A DNA stretch of 64,000 bases from Bryobacteraceae bacterium (GCA_035486095.1 DATHNM010000479.1:18004-82003); one strand, 5' to 3'; shown: positions 53,532-63,500, counted from the stretch's first letter. Numbers and translations are program-made. The notes: generated by a model from the sequence alone, not told the origin.

Positions 53532-54619
53532 GCGCGGGAAGCCTCCGGGTGTCCCTCTGGCGTGCGCTATCGGGAACTCTGCCGAATGCGGAACAGACAC
53601 TTCTGCTGCGCGCGTGCTTGCTCGCAGGCGGCGACAGCAGCACTGCCTGGGAAGATTGGCGCGCTGGGGTGGCCGATCCGTTTCTGGCGCTCTCCGATAC
53701 CAATCGCTGGGCGCGCTCGTTGCTACCCCTCTTGATGAGCGCGGTCAGCCGTTCGGGCGCCGAGTTGAACGCCTCGACGCTCTCCTACTTGCGCGCCGCG
53801 TTTGTGCGTGAGAAATTGCGGATGGAGACTTACCGCAATGTGCGCAGGTTGGTCTTGTCGTCGCTAGAGGCTCAAGGCCTGCGGCCCATCGTGATGAAGG
53901 GAGCTGCCTTTGCAGAGACGCTCTATGACACGGCGGAACACCGGCATTGCCATGACATCGATCTGCTGATCCGCCACAGTGAGGCGCGGCTAGTCCTCCC
54001 GATTATCGAAAAGATCGGCCTCTCCGCCGTATCCTCGCCGGAGGGAACGGCCCACGCGCTTTTTATTCATTCGTCGGGATTGCCGCTGCGCGCGCACACG
54101 CGGCCCTTTCTCGCCAACGTCTACAATCCGCGCGTGGAAGAACTGTTTGAGCGCGCGAAAGATTGCATGCTGGACGGTGTGGCGGCCCGCATTCTCTGCC
54201 CGGTGGATGCGCTGGTGCACCTCTGCGGACATGCTTCCAGCGTTCCAGGGGTTGATGCACTGCGTTGGGTCTGCGATGCTTTCCTCCTCATCGGCCGTGC
54301 CCCGGACCTGGATTGGGATCAGCTGCTGGAACGTGCCAGCGCGATGAACGTGGTTGTCCCGCTCGCGCTGCGGCTGGACTATCTTGCAGCGGAATTCCAC
54401 GCGCAGGTGCCGGCGCGTGTCAGCCAACGTCTGCAGAATGCGGCCGGCGACGCGCCTTTCAGCACTATGCGGGCCGCATTCCAGGGCACGCTGTTGAGCG
54501 GACGCCAGGGGCTGAAGCGCTTAACGGACGCTGCGGCAGACCGGCGCGCATCCGCAGTGCTGGCCGTTTGGGCTGCCGATACAATTGCCCGCAGAACACT
54601 GCGGAACTTGAAGCGCTGA
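53528..54619 (+). CDS. Uncharacterised nucleotidyltransferase family protein (NTP_transf_5-like), copy 2
   Basis: VMKGAAFAETLYDTAEHRHCHDIDLLIRHSE parallels copy 1. TTG start overlapping the GT2 stop (TTGA); the true start is uncertain. Confidence 0.65.
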   Translation: MSAGSLRVSLWRALSGTLPNAEQTLLLRACLLAGGDSSTAWEDWRAGVADPFLALSDTNRWARSLLPLLMSAVSRSGAELNASTLSYLRAAFVREKLRMETYRNVRRLVLSSLEAQGLRPIVMKGAAFAETLYDTAEHRHCHDIDLLIRHSEARLVLPIIEKIGLSAVSSPEGTAHALFIHSSGLPLRAHTRPFLANVYNPRVEELFERAKDCMLDGVAARILCPVDALVHLCGHASSVPGVDALRWVCDAFLLIGRAPDLDWDQLLERASAMNVVVPLALRLDYLAAEFHAQVPARVSQRLQNAAGDAPFSTMRAAFQGTLLSGRQGLKRLTDAAADRRASAVLAVWAADTIARRTLRNLKR

Positions 54620-54655
54620 CCAGCCGCGATAGACTGGCATTGAAGCTATTTTCGT

Positions 54656-56383
54656 ATGCCCACCGCCGCCACTGCGTTCCTGAGCGCTCTCGAAGAAGCG
54701 GGAGTTTCCTACATTTTCGCGAACCTGGGCACCGATCATCCTCCCATCCTCGAGAGCCTGGCCGAAGCGCACGCAACCGGACAGCGGGTCCCTGAAGTGA
54801 TCACTTGTCCGCACGAAATGGTTGCGCTGAGCGCGGCGCATGGTTATGCACAAGCCACCGGCCGGGCGCAGGTGGTTCTGGTGCACGTGGATTGCGGCAC
54901 TCAATCGCTGGGTGGGGCGGTGCATAACGCAGCCAAGGCGCGCGTGCCGGTGCTGTTGTTTGCCGGAACGTCTCCCTTCACCCAGGAAGGCGAGCTGGCC
55001 GGCAGCCGCAACGAGTGGGTTCATTGGGTGCAGGACGTGCTGGATCAGCGCGGCATCCTTCGCGGCTACGTCAAGTACGAAAACGAAATCCGGACCGGCA
55101 GGAATGTCAAACAGCTGGTTCATCGCGCCATGCAGATCGCTCAAAGCGATCCCAAAGGGCCGGTTTATCTGACTGCCGCGCGCGAGGTGCTGGAAGCGGA
55201 AGTCCCGCCGGTTGCCGCACACGATTCGAAACTGTGGCGCCCCGTGGCGCCGTGCGCCATTGACCCGTCGGCTGTGGCGCTCATCGCCGAGGATCTGATC
55301 GCGTCGCGCCGTCCCCTGGTAATCAGCAGTTACCTCGGAAGAAATCCCGAGGCCGTGGGTGAATTGGTGAAGCTGTGCAACGCCCTGGGCATCGGCGCCT
55401 GGACATCCATTCCAACCTATCTGGACTTTCCCGCGGACCATCCGTTGTATCTGGGCAATCAGGTAAACGCTCCCGTACAAAACGCCGCACTCGAAGCAGG
55501 CGACGTGGTTCTGGTGCTGGACAGCGATGTGCCGTGGATCCCTACCGTGACGAAGCCGAACGGCGCCGCCAAGATTTATCACATCGATGTCGATCCACTT
55601 AAGGAGCAGATGCCGCTGTGGTATTTTCCGATGCAACACTCGTTTCGGGCGGATGCAGCCACCGCGCTCCGGCAAATTAACGCGTATGTGGCTAGCGCTC
55701 AGGCAAACGGAAAAATCGATGAAAATCTGGTGCAGCAGCGGCGGGCGCACTATACCGCGCTGCATGAAGTGCGCATGCAGGAACTGGCGGCGCGCGAGAC
55801 TCCCCGCCAGGATGTCATCACGCCCGAGTATCTGACGGCGCGTGTGCGTGCGCACCTGCCGGCGGATGCGCTGGTTCTGAATGAAGGCATCACCAGTCAC
55901 AACACCATCGCCGACCACATCCGAGCCAACCGAGCGGGAAGTTTTTTCACCTGCGGCGGCGGATCCATTGGATGGAATACGGGCGCCGCGGTGGGAATCA
56001 AGCTCGCCAATCCGGATAAAACCGTGGTCGCCCTCACCGGCGACGGGTGTTTCATGGCCTCCATTCCCTCGGCCGCGCATTGGATCGCGGGGCGGTACAA
56101 AACGCCGTTTGTTCAAGTGGTGTATAACAACCGCGGCTGGAAGGCTCCTAAGATGTCGACGCTTGCCATTCATCCGGATGGGTTCGTGAGTAAGTCGAAC
56201 GATATCGCTGCGGCCTTCGATCCGCCGCCGGATTATTCGGGAATCGCCAAGGCAGCAGGCGGTGCGTTTGCGGCCATCGTACACCAACCCGGCGAACTGG
56301 ATGGTGCACTGAGCGAAGCGTTCCGCGTGGTTCGCGAGGAGCGGCGCTGCGCCGTTCTGGATGTGTGGCTGCCCGGATTTTAG
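54656..56383 (+). CDS. Thiamine-diphosphate-dependent enzyme (acetolactate-synthase/sulfoacetaldehyde-acetyltransferase-like)
   Basis: N-terminal PYR domain AFLSALEEAGVSYIFANLGTDHPPILESL...PHEMVALSAAHGYAQATG. TPP-binding motif VVALTGDGCFMAS...YNNRGW. Confidence 0.85.
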   Translation: MPTAATAFLSALEEAGVSYIFANLGTDHPPILESLAEAHATGQRVPEVITCPHEMVALSAAHGYAQATGRAQVVLVHVDCGTQSLGGAVHNAAKARVPVLLFAGTSPFTQEGELAGSRNEWVHWVQDVLDQRGILRGYVKYENEIRTGRNVKQLVHRAMQIAQSDPKGPVYLTAAREVLEAEVPPVAAHDSKLWRPVAPCAIDPSAVALIAEDLIASRRPLVISSYLGRNPEAVGELVKLCNALGIGAWTSIPTYLDFPADHPLYLGNQVNAPVQNAALEAGDVVLVLDSDVPWIPTVTKPNGAAKIYHIDVDPLKEQMPLWYFPMQHSFRADAATALRQINAYVASAQANGKIDENLVQQRRAHYTALHEVRMQELAARETPRQDVITPEYLTARVRAHLPADALVLNEGITSHNTIADHIRANRAGSFFTCGGGSIGWNTGAAVGIKLANPDKTVVALTGDGCFMASIPSAAHWIAGRYKTPFVQVVYNNRGWKAPKMSTLAIHPDGFVSKSNDIAAAFDPPPDYSGIAKAAGGAFAAIVHQPGELDGALSEAFRVVREERRCAVLDVWLPGF

Positions 56384-56385
56384 GA

Positions 56386-57132
56386 CTAGCGCGCGGATTT
56401 TGCGAGCGCCACCGTAGTGACCGGTTTGAGTTCCACCCGGTATGCCTGATAAGGAACACTGCCGAGGTTTTCCACTGAGTGCAGCGGCTGGCTGGCGGGG
56501 TCATAGGTCACTTGCAATTCCTTCAACTCCGGACGGGCTGTTTTCGTGCCGTCCTTTAAGAAACGCTGGGAAGGAGGCAAGCTGAAGTACACCACCACAG
56601 CCGGCCAGGTGTGCGTGTGCCACGGTTCCTTAGCGCCGGGTGGGATGCGCACGCTGAGCACGCGTACGTAATCGTTTTCCAGGACCACGGTCAGATTGGG
56701 GTCATGGATCTTTACTGCATCGGTGTCTGGCAATGGCGCGGCGGCCGCTGGCTGGCAATCGACGCTTTTGATCTCGATCAGCAGATTATGCCGGTCGCGA
56801 TCGCTGCTTTCGAACCCCTTGCTGGGTCCTCCCTGGGACCATCTGATGTTGACGGTTTTCCAAGGCTCGTCGCGGCCCGAGGTCTGTTCGAAGAATACGC
56901 TGGGCCAAGGGTGCGTGTGCGGCGGCTCTTTGCTATGTAGCGGAACCCGCGCTTCCAGCACGCGCACCGCGTCGTTCTCCAGAATTACTTTGTGATGGTC
57001 GGGCGCAAAGGCAACCGCGTCGGTAGCGTCGGGCTTGATTAGCCCACAGCCGGCGGAGGCTTGCAGGCCAGCCGGCAGGAGCAGTGCCACGATGGCCCAA
57101 ACGCCCTGCATGGCGAGAGATCTTATGGTCAT
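56386..57132 (-). CDS. Secreted protein with an internally duplicated cupin-like half-domain
   Basis: There are two collinear units: HHKVILENDAVRVLEARVPLHSKEPPHTHPWPSVFF and NLTVVLENDYVRVLSVRIPPGAKEPWHTHTWPAVVVYF. Signal peptide. ATGA overlap with the upstream gene. Confidence 0.65.
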   Translation of the reverse strand: MTIRSLAMQGVWAIVALLLPAGLQASAGCGLIKPDATDAVAFAPDHHKVILENDAVRVLEARVPLHSKEPPHTHPWPSVFFEQTSGRDEPWKTVNIRWSQGGPSKGFESSDRDRHNLLIEIKSVDCQPAAAAPLPDTDAVKIHDPNLTVVLENDYVRVLSVRIPPGAKEPWHTHTWPAVVVYFSLPPSQRFLKDGTKTARPELKELQVTYDPASQPLHSVENLGSVPYQAYRVELKPVTTVALAKSAR

Positions 57133-57542
57133 GGTTTTGTTTCTCCGTTGTACTCAACCTGGGTAACTGCGTCCAGCCATTTCGTCTTGCCGTCGCTCAT
57201 ATCCACGGAAAATAGCGTGGCGGGCTGGCCCGCCGCTGCGCCATGCCAGTGCGGAACGCCGCCCGGCACATAAGCGGTTTCGCCGGGATGCAGTTCCTGA
57301 ACCGGATGCCCTTTCACCTGTGTGCGAGCGACGCCTTCCTGGCAAAGCAGAATCTGGCCGCGTTCGTGAACGTGCCACTTGGTGCGCGCGCCGGGTTCAA
57401 AATGAATGCGCGCGGCCCGCACACGAATGTTGCTCTCAAGCCGGGTGGCGGTTCCGGTGAAGTTGGCATTGGGGTCCGGTTGCTCCTGAGCGAACAACGT
57501 CGACAGAAGCGCGGCGAATATCAGCGGGGATAACCGGCTCAT
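57129..57542 (-). CDS. Secreted cupin_2-type protein
   Basis: ARIHFEPGARTKWHVHERGQILLCQEGVARTQV...GETAYVPGGVPHWHGA. Signal peptide MSRLSPLIFAALLSTLFAQ. Confidence 0.75.
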   Translation of the reverse strand: MSRLSPLIFAALLSTLFAQEQPDPNANFTGTATRLESNIRVRAARIHFEPGARTKWHVHERGQILLCQEGVARTQVKGHPVQELHPGETAYVPGGVPHWHGAAAGQPATLFSVDMSDGKTKWLDAVTQVEYNGETKP

Positions 57543-59386
57543 TTGCGCGGCTCCGTATCCAGGCCGAACGCCAGCAGGACGTTGCCCGGCAGGCCGCCGC
57601 GCGCCGGATAGCCGGAAATAGCGAACATCATTCCGCCGGCTATCACAGGCCCCGCCACGTCAATGGCCCCGCCGCGGCCGGGAACGCCGTTCACCGTTTG
57701 ATATTCGTGGGACGTATCGTAGTCCCAGATGATTTTTCCCTCGGATGTGGAATAGCCGCGCAGGTGTCCGTCTTCCGCGCCGGACCATACCACTCCCGGG
57801 ATCGCGGTCACGGCCGCCGATTGAGCCGGACTGCACGGCCGCCGATCGCCGCAGCCAGGTGGCGGAGTCTGCCACATACGTTCGCCATTGTCTACACGAA
57901 ATGCGAATAATCCGCCGCCTTTGGCCGGGTCCAGATTGTACGAGCGATCGTTGCTCGCCGGTTTGCGGTCCACTGCGAAACGGATATCGGAAAGAGCCAC
58001 GTAGACATTGCGGCCGTCGGTGGCCGAGCCCCACTCGATGCCGCCCACGGTGCCGCCTTCGCCGATGCGCGCCTGCCATAAGATCTCGCCGCGCCGGTCC
58101 GGGTCCACCGCATAGATGGCCGCCGATTTTTGTCCCAGCAGAAGCGCGCGGCGGCCGTTGGGGAGTGAAACCAATATGGCCGATGACGCGAAATCGAAAT
58201 CGGGTCCGTCTGAATCGGGGCAATTCACTTTGCCGGCCAGCTGGCAGGAGCTGTTCCAGGCGTCCTTCGCGGTAAATTGCTTGGACCACTGAATCTCGCC
58301 CGAGGACATGCGCAAAGACAGCAGGGCGTCGCTGAGCGCGGTGGGCGGATCGGAATAATTGTCGCCTGTGGTTACGTACATCGTGTCGCGTTCAGGGTCC
58401 AGCACCGGCGCGGTCCAGACGCCGACACCGGAGGGGCCAAAGGCCGCTGAACCGTGCCGGGTCTTTGCTCGTTCCTTGGCCACATCGCGAATTGTGTAGG
58501 TCTTCCACAATACTTTTCCTGTAACAGCGTCTAGCGCGGACTCGCTGCCGCGAAACGTGCAGCACACGTAGCCCGGAGAAACCGAGAGAGCCTCCTCGCG
58601 AGAAGCCACGCCGACATACAAACGATCCTTGTAAAACACCGGCGTCGCCGTCACGGTAGAGGCCGCATGTTCGTCCGCACGCGTCTTCCACAACTGCTTG
58701 CCGGACGTGGCATCCAACGCATAGACGAACCCGGCGGAATCGCCAAAGAACACCACGGGATTACCGTTCACCTCGCCGATGGTAATGGCCGTCCGCACCT
58801 GGGACTGCACGGTGGTGGCCCAATGCACGCAGCCGGTTTGCATGTCGAGAGCGTACACGCTGCCGTCCTGCCCGCCTGCGAATACTCTGCCGCGATAAAC
58901 CGCCGGCTGGGAGCGCATGGTGGAAGTGTCCGGGAACGCAAATGCCCACTTCAGTTTCAAGCGGGGCAGGTCTTGCACGCTCAGGCCCGCGTCTTTTTCC
59001 GATTGGAACCTGGTATTGGCCAGGCCGCCTCCCCAACTGGCCCAGGCAGGTCCCTCGTTCCATGGCGCGCCTGCCGGACACAGATTCGCAATTTCCTCGC
59101 GCTTTCGTTCCAGGGTTACCGCTGTTCCCAAGAAGCTCGCGATTCTCTGGCGTTCATCCGCCGAAAGCGCCGATGCCTGCTGTTTCATGATGCCGCTGTC
59201 AATGGTCTTCTGAATGGCCGCCGGCGTCATGGATTTCAGCGCGGATATTTGTGGAACCCGTCCACTGGCTCCCGCCTCCGAGTTATGGCAGGAGGCGCAA
59301 TGTTTCTGAAAGAGCTGGGCGGCGTAAGGATCGTCGGCCGCCAGAGAAGTGATGGCGGCGATTACAAAAAACAGGCAGAGTCTCAT
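57539..59386 (-). CDS. PQQ-propeller quinohemoprotein with N-terminal cytochrome c (polyvinyl-alcohol-dehydrogenase-like architecture)
   Basis: Heme motif CASCH (59285-59299) in LFQKHCASCHNSEAGASGRVPQ. Repeated propeller blades follow (GRVFAGGQDGSVYALDMQTGCVHW, FFGDSAGFVYALDATSGKQLW, GAEDGHLRGYSTSEGKIIW). Confidence 0.8.
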   Translation of the reverse strand: MRLCLFFVIAAITSLAADDPYAAQLFQKHCASCHNSEAGASGRVPQISALKSMTPAAIQKTIDSGIMKQQASALSADERQRIASFLGTAVTLERKREEIANLCPAGAPWNEGPAWASWGGGLANTRFQSEKDAGLSVQDLPRLKLKWAFAFPDTSTMRSQPAVYRGRVFAGGQDGSVYALDMQTGCVHWATTVQSQVRTAITIGEVNGNPVVFFGDSAGFVYALDATSGKQLWKTRADEHAASTVTATPVFYKDRLYVGVASREEALSVSPGYVCCTFRGSESALDAVTGKVLWKTYTIRDVAKERAKTRHGSAAFGPSGVGVWTAPVLDPERDTMYVTTGDNYSDPPTALSDALLSLRMSSGEIQWSKQFTAKDAWNSSCQLAGKVNCPDSDGPDFDFASSAILVSLPNGRRALLLGQKSAAIYAVDPDRRGEILWQARIGEGGTVGGIEWGSATDGRNVYVALSDIRFAVDRKPASNDRSYNLDPAKGGGLFAFRVDNGERMWQTPPPGCGDRRPCSPAQSAAVTAIPGVVWSGAEDGHLRGYSTSEGKIIWDYDTSHEYQTVNGVPGRGGAIDVAGPVIAGGMMFAISGYPARGGLPGNVLLAFGLDTEPRK

Positions 59387-59495
59387 CCCGTACCCCGATC
59401 TGGCGCCTGGTTGGCTGCGCCCCGGAGTATATCAACAAACATCCGTCGCGCGGGCCGATTGAGAACACACGTTGAGAACGCGCGCTACGCCGTGC

Positions 59496-60503
59496 TTATT
59501 TCCCTACCATGTGTTCCACGTCCTTGTTGTTCTCGTTGCAGACATACTCTCCGATGTCGTCGTTGGCATCCAGCTCCGAGGCTCGCAGGATTTTCCAGGG
59601 CTTGGCGTAAGCTTCCGGATCGTCGATGGTGAACTCGATCTCCAGATGTCCCAGATCAGGCCGGCGAAAGCGCTCGGTCACGCGCAGCATTTCGGTGTGC
59701 GCATGACCCTGGGTATCGAGCCACGACCGGTCGTCGAAACCCACCGTGTCGACCACCAGCGTGTCTCCTTCCCAACGACCGATGGAATGCCCCATCCACA
59801 TAGGATTGGGATCTTTCGGATGGCTGCGCCCGTCCAAAAAGACCTGGCGGTGGCTGGGGATGTCATCTTCAAACAGCATCACCAGCAGGGTGGGTGTCTG
59901 AACCAGTTTGTAAGGAAACAGCGCTCCGGCACTGGTGATGCCGCGCGGCAGGCAGTGTGCCCCAGGCGCATCCTTGGAGTTGTTAGCGGCCCGCTCCCTC
60001 AGCAACGCTTCCACCCAGGGCCGAGGTTCTGGCGTGCCCGCATCCACCGTTCGCTGTGCGAACCAGACGCCGGAGAGGTCGGGTTTGCCATCCGCGGTTC
60101 GAGGCGCGGGTCCGGATGGCGCGGCATGCGGACTTGTCAGCTGCACCCTGAACTCCCGCCCGTCGCCCAGGGTGCCCAACTGGTATTCGAGCAGGCGAAC
60201 GTCCAGGCGCAGCGGTTCTGCCGGGCCCAGCGCGACGTTTTCTCGATTGGTTGGGTAAAACCCCGGAGCGCTCACAGCGACGTCATAAGTTCCTGGCGGC
60301 AGCTTCGATAACGTGTAGCGGCCTTGGTCGGTAGCCGCAGTCTTGTAAATTGCTTTGGTGCTCCGGTTGGTTGCTTGGACCTGGGCGTTTGCCACCGCCT
60401 CGCCGTCCGAGTCCCACACGGCGCCGGCGATTGTTCCCCCGCCCTGTGCATACGACGCGATGGCTATCCAGCACAACAGGCCCAGCCGTAGAATCCCGCG
60501 CAT
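59496..60503 (-). CDS. Fusion of a CarboxypepD_reg-like Ig domain with a 'type D' unknown-family domain
   Basis: Start ATG 60503 (MRGILRLGLLCWIAIASYAQ). GTIAGAVWDSDGEAVANAQVQATNRSTKAIYKTAATDQGRYTLSKLPPGTYDVAVSAPGF. Then RTADGKPDLSGVWFA, WMGHSIGRWEGDTLVVDTVGF and FTIDDPEAYAKPWK. Confidence 0.8.
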   Translation of the reverse strand: MRGILRLGLLCWIAIASYAQGGGTIAGAVWDSDGEAVANAQVQATNRSTKAIYKTAATDQGRYTLSKLPPGTYDVAVSAPGFYPTNRENVALGPAEPLRLDVRLLEYQLGTLGDGREFRVQLTSPHAAPSGPAPRTADGKPDLSGVWFAQRTVDAGTPEPRPWVEALLRERAANNSKDAPGAHCLPRGITSAGALFPYKLVQTPTLLVMLFEDDIPSHRQVFLDGRSHPKDPNPMWMGHSIGRWEGDTLVVDTVGFDDRSWLDTQGHAHTEMLRVTERFRRPDLGHLEIEFTIDDPEAYAKPWKILRASELDANDDIGEYVCNENNKDVEHMVGK

Positions 60504-60591
60504 GATGTCAAGAGTATAAACCACTCCAAGCGGGATCGAAAAATTCAAGTCGCGAAAGGGTTGGCCGATATGATAGCGTAATTCAAACTAC

Positions 60592-63500
60592 ATGTTTTCC
60601 GCAAAGTTCTGGCTCTTCCTCCCGATTAGTGTGTTTGCGGCCCTCTGGCCATCGCAAGCGGCGGCTGACTGCACCAGTCTTCCACCCATCGATCCCACTA
60701 AAGGATTCATTGCAAACTTTCAGAATCCCTGTTACATGTTGTCGCTGCGCAACGGAAACTCGCATTTCGCCGGTGACCTGAATGCGATCTATACGAGTTT
60801 TTTCTATCAGGTTACGCCTGGTTATGAACTCATCATCGTGGGGGTCTATCCGAATGCCCGCTTCATGTCGGCGACGGTTTACGACGATCATCTGGTCGCC
60901 GTGGGCACGCTGCTGGACACCGACATTGTCCCGTTAACCAGCGCCATGACGAACCCTCTGGCGCCGGGAGAGACGTTCACTCCCAACCAAAGGTATGGCA
61001 TGATCGTCTCCTTCGGGCAGCCGACGGCCACTACTGAGAGTCCGGGCTGTAGCATCGGCAGCACCAACATCAGCCAGAATGTGCTGGACGCCTCCCAACT
61101 CCACAGCGGAATCACCTGGGCTGGTAGTCCGTCCCTCCCACCTGGATTTCCCGCTCACGAGACCGGGCCCAACGTATCCGGGATGGTGACGCTGCGGAAA
61201 TATGTGGACATTGACGCCTCGCCCGTTCCCGAATACGTTATCGTGCGCAGCCTGGCCAATGGCTGCGCCATGCCCATCCAGCAGGCCATTCAGGCCAATA
61301 TCGTGGGCGTGCAGCAAACCGTTACCAGTCCGCTGCTTCATCAGGATCAGATCAGCGCTCATTTGCAATATGCTTCGGCCATCCAACCCTGGCTGGATTT
61401 TCCGCCCGATCCGCTGAACAATGTGGTCTGGCAGCGCCCTTCCGAATACATCCCGGTCAACGATACCGTGGCGGGCTATCTGGGCGGCGCCCTTTCGAAT
61501 CTGCAAATCAAAAGTCTCTTAGCGGGTCAAACGTACTTGCGCATCCAATTTCAAATGCCCAGCACGCCGTCCACGCCTTGCACCACGGGGAATTGCAGCC
61601 TGCGGGGCGATGAACAAGTGCGCTTCGTTGGATTGACCTTCCAGACGGCGGCTATCAATTGCGCCGGGCACAGCAGCATCCTCTCGATCGACGACCAGAG
61701 TCTGGTGAAGGACGTGAATGGCAATGTCAACATCGTGGCCGGTTTTGGCGCTCCCCAGCCACCGAACGCGACGGCTGCCAATGGCTATACCTGGATCGAT
61801 GTGAGCAGCATGCCAAACTACACCAGCTTTAGCGGCATGATCATCCGCGAGCTTGGTCCGAGTTCATCCTTTCAGTGTTCGACCTTGAATGTGCCGTTCA
61901 AGACTTCCGCGTATAACCCCGAGGGCGGTTACATGGGAGCATTCGCGCCCACCGTGGACTTTCCCACCGCGTCCCAGATTCCGGCAACCCCGATACCGGT
62001 AGTGAGGCCCAATAGTTGTGCGCTGGTGCCCACCCAGGCTCCGCAACAAATAGCCGGCACTACTCCTTTCCAGAGTTGCACCACGAACAACACTTTAAAT
62101 TCCTATGCATCTATCGTGGGAAGTAGCGCCGGCAGCGGCACCTTGACGCTGACCGCCACCGGCGCCTGGACCGCCAGCAGCAACGCCGGATGGTTGCAGT
62201 TATCGGCTGGCAGCACCAGCGGCACCGGGAATGCGACAATTCAGTTCACTTACCCTGCCAACACGAACGCCGCTGCCCAGTCTGGAGTTCTTACCATAGG
62301 GGGCTTGACATTCACACTTACTCAAGTGGGCGTGAACTTTGTGCCAATCGCCCCGCCGGTCCCGCTGGAATCCATCGGATTGAGCCATCCTCAGGGCCTG
62401 GCGGTGGATGGATCGAACAATGTGTATATCGCCGACACGGCCAACAACGCCATTAAGCAGTGGAGCCCTGTCACGCAGGCCACCGCGACCTTGTCGTCGG
62501 CGCAAAGCAGCCCCGCCGCAGTGGCAGTGGACGGGACGGGAAACGTGTTTATCGCCGACAGTGGCAACCACGCCATAGAAGAGTTAAGCGCCGCCAATCA
62601 ACAGCTGTCCACGTTAGTTTCGGGGCTGGGCAATCCATCCGGAGTGGCGGTGGACACACAGGGAAATATCTATTTTTCCGACGCCGGCAACAATACGGTC
62701 AACCAATGGAACACCGCCTTGCAGCAGCTAACTACATTGGCCGGCTCGGGGTTGAACCATCCTGCCGGCGTGGCGGTGGATGCGTTCGGCAATGTGTACT
62801 TTGCCGACAGCGGCAGCAACAGCATCAAGGAATGGACCGCGGCCAATGGCTTGGTTACGCCGCTGGTAGCGACGGGTTTGAACAATCCAACGGGGTTAGC
62901 CATGGATGCGCAGGGCAATTTGTATGTGGCCGACACGGGCGACAATGCCATCAAGGAATGGAATGCCACAACCCAACAGTTGACCTCGCTGGTGACCACG
63001 GGTCTGAATAACCCGCTGGGAGTGGCGGTGGATGGCACAGGCAATATCTATGCCGCGGACAGTAACGATAGCGAGATCGATGAATACACGCCAGGTTTTC
63101 TGGCCTTGAGCACCGGCAGCCTCACCGAAGCCGCCGTGGCTGGTACGGATTCGCTGACCGCGCAAGTGTTGCCCGCCAGCATCCCGCTCACCGCCACCAG
63201 CAACCAGCCATGGCTGAGCATCACGGGCATCAGCGGCGGTGTGATCAATTTTTCGTTCACCGCCAATACCGGAGCCACCAGCCGCATAGCGCAGATCATG
63301 GTGCTGGGACAGACCGTGACCGTTACGCAAAATGCCGATGTTCCGGCTACCATCACCAAGATCGTGGGCCGGAGCCAAAGCACGCCGGAAGGCCAGCCTT
63401 TTCCTTCCCGCCTGTCAGTGCGGGTGACGGATGCGGCTGGAAACAACGTTCAAGGGGTCAGCGTGATGTTTCAGGTGGTGGCGGCGCCCAACGGCGCGGC

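Noticed and set aside
47557-54619. Calling the cluster a lasso-peptide biosynthetic gene cluster.
   Set aside because: The defining genes are not present in or next to the cluster: an Asn-synthetase-like macrolactam cyclase, a transglutaminase-like leader peptidase and a short precursor ORF. Only RRE-like and tailoring-type genes are there, so I report it as RiPP-like with unknown product.
54521-56287. 588-aa minus-strand ORF.
   Set aside because: It is antisense to the ThDP-enzyme gene (54656..56383), which carries clear PYR and TPP-binding motifs (GTDHPP..., GDGCFMAS). The minus-strand product is Arg/His/Gly-rich with no recognisable domain.
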